Shown piece after piece: positions 62,911-64,000 of a stretch of 64,000 nt of DNA. Source of the stretch: Yuukianura sp. NJ FZ-2021 (Eukaryota); the NCBI GenBank assembly GCA_046563655.1, contig CM102290.1:186001-250000 (forward strand), written 5' to 3'. Numbering within the stretch: position 1 is the stretch's first letter; every line of letters starts with the position of its first letter. The position numbers and the translations under genes are program-made. The notes under the pieces were generated by a model that saw nothing but the letters and a program-made list of their open reading frames with translations, made no database searches and was not told the origin of the DNA.

Positions 62911-64000
62911 GTGGATGCTTGGAGTAGTATATAGGGAGAGGTTTCTCTTTTGGTGAAAGTTGGAGCATCTTTGGTTAGTTTCTTGTAGGTAGGGAGGGAA
63001 TGTTTGACTGTTTCGAGCGTAGCCCAGGAAACTATGATTTGTTTTAGTGCAGGAGGGATCTGGAGGAGGAGGAAGAAAGTTTGTGCTGGGACGGGAGGCA
63101 AAGCACGTCTAGGATTTCTCCTCCAAGAACTTCTTGAACCTCATCCGTTTCCTTATGAAGTTGGGCTCATAAAAACCCAACCCTAAATATGAAACTCATC
63201 AAAATCGATTTCCCCAAATCCCTGACTTTCCACTTGCCCCCCTTTGAGACGGAAACGGAATATTTAATTAGCCTTGTCCCTAGGGACGGAGGGGGAGGGA
63301 TTTGGTCAGTTTGTGAAAGAGAGTGTGTAGTTAGAGAGAGAACGAAACCTACACTTTCTCTCTGAATAATAGATGATCAAAGTTCGTACTTTTCTTCTTC
63401 TTCGAGTACTACCAAAGTCTTATGCAAAGAAACAGACCAAAAGACCAACTTTTACTTTCTCTCTCACAAAAGTCTTGAAACCAATTTGAAAATTCCCGCT
63501 CTCTAGGCGCGTCCTGAGGGCGCATAGCATTTCCGTGTGAACAAACTATTAAGGGCCCCTACGCACTACTCTACCAACTTTTAGTCTAACATCTCCTACG
63601 CCCAGGAGCGTAGTGGACATCGTAAACCCCCCCCCCCCTACATCCAAGGGGGGGGGGGGGGTTTGGAGTTCAGGTCGATATCACATCAGGAGCAGCAAAA
63701 CAATCAATATGATACTATATATAGGCACTTCCGCCTACCTTACAGTACTAAAAATATGTTTTGAGTGTAGGCAAAAGTGTTTCAGATTTTGAATTTTTGG
63801 AAAAAAGGAGGGAAAAGTTCGAATTTGAACAAAATCGGAGTTGAATTGACGTGGAACTTGAGAGTGAAAGTTTCGATAGAGAAAGATAGAGAAAGTGAGC
63901 TGTGTTGCTCACTTTTTCTTGTGCTGTTTGAAGTTTATGTTTTTGAGTTTTTCGGCGTCTTTTTGGTTTTGAATTTTGGCGCCTTATGAAATGAAAGTTT

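Overview
AT-rich eukaryotic (invertebrate, probably arthropod) genomic DNA, with no prokaryotic features. The first ~15 kb is gene-dense with mostly 55-100 nt introns: the 3' end of an unidentified + strand gene, a 20-coding-exon anoctamin/TMEM16 gene (-), a 9-exon prolylcarboxypeptidase gene (-, one GC-AG intron) and, head-to-head with it, a SLAIN-like gene (+). The remaining ~49 kb is gene-poor. It holds an orphan ORF, MITEs and other TIR elements, tRNA-like relics, minisatellites, palindromic ecdysone-response-type elements, two in-frame exons of a probable teneurin gene, and a 5'-truncated RTE-X-like LINE nested in a MITE arm. The most unusual signals are (i) complementary intronic arms bracketing individual exons in two genes, (ii) pervasive AGGTCA/TGACCT arrays linked to a foldback element, and (iii) a repeat-spacer array with a conserved 16-bp core at 45.1-45.6 kb. 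Gene models were spliced by hand and family calls come from recalled motifs, not database searches.
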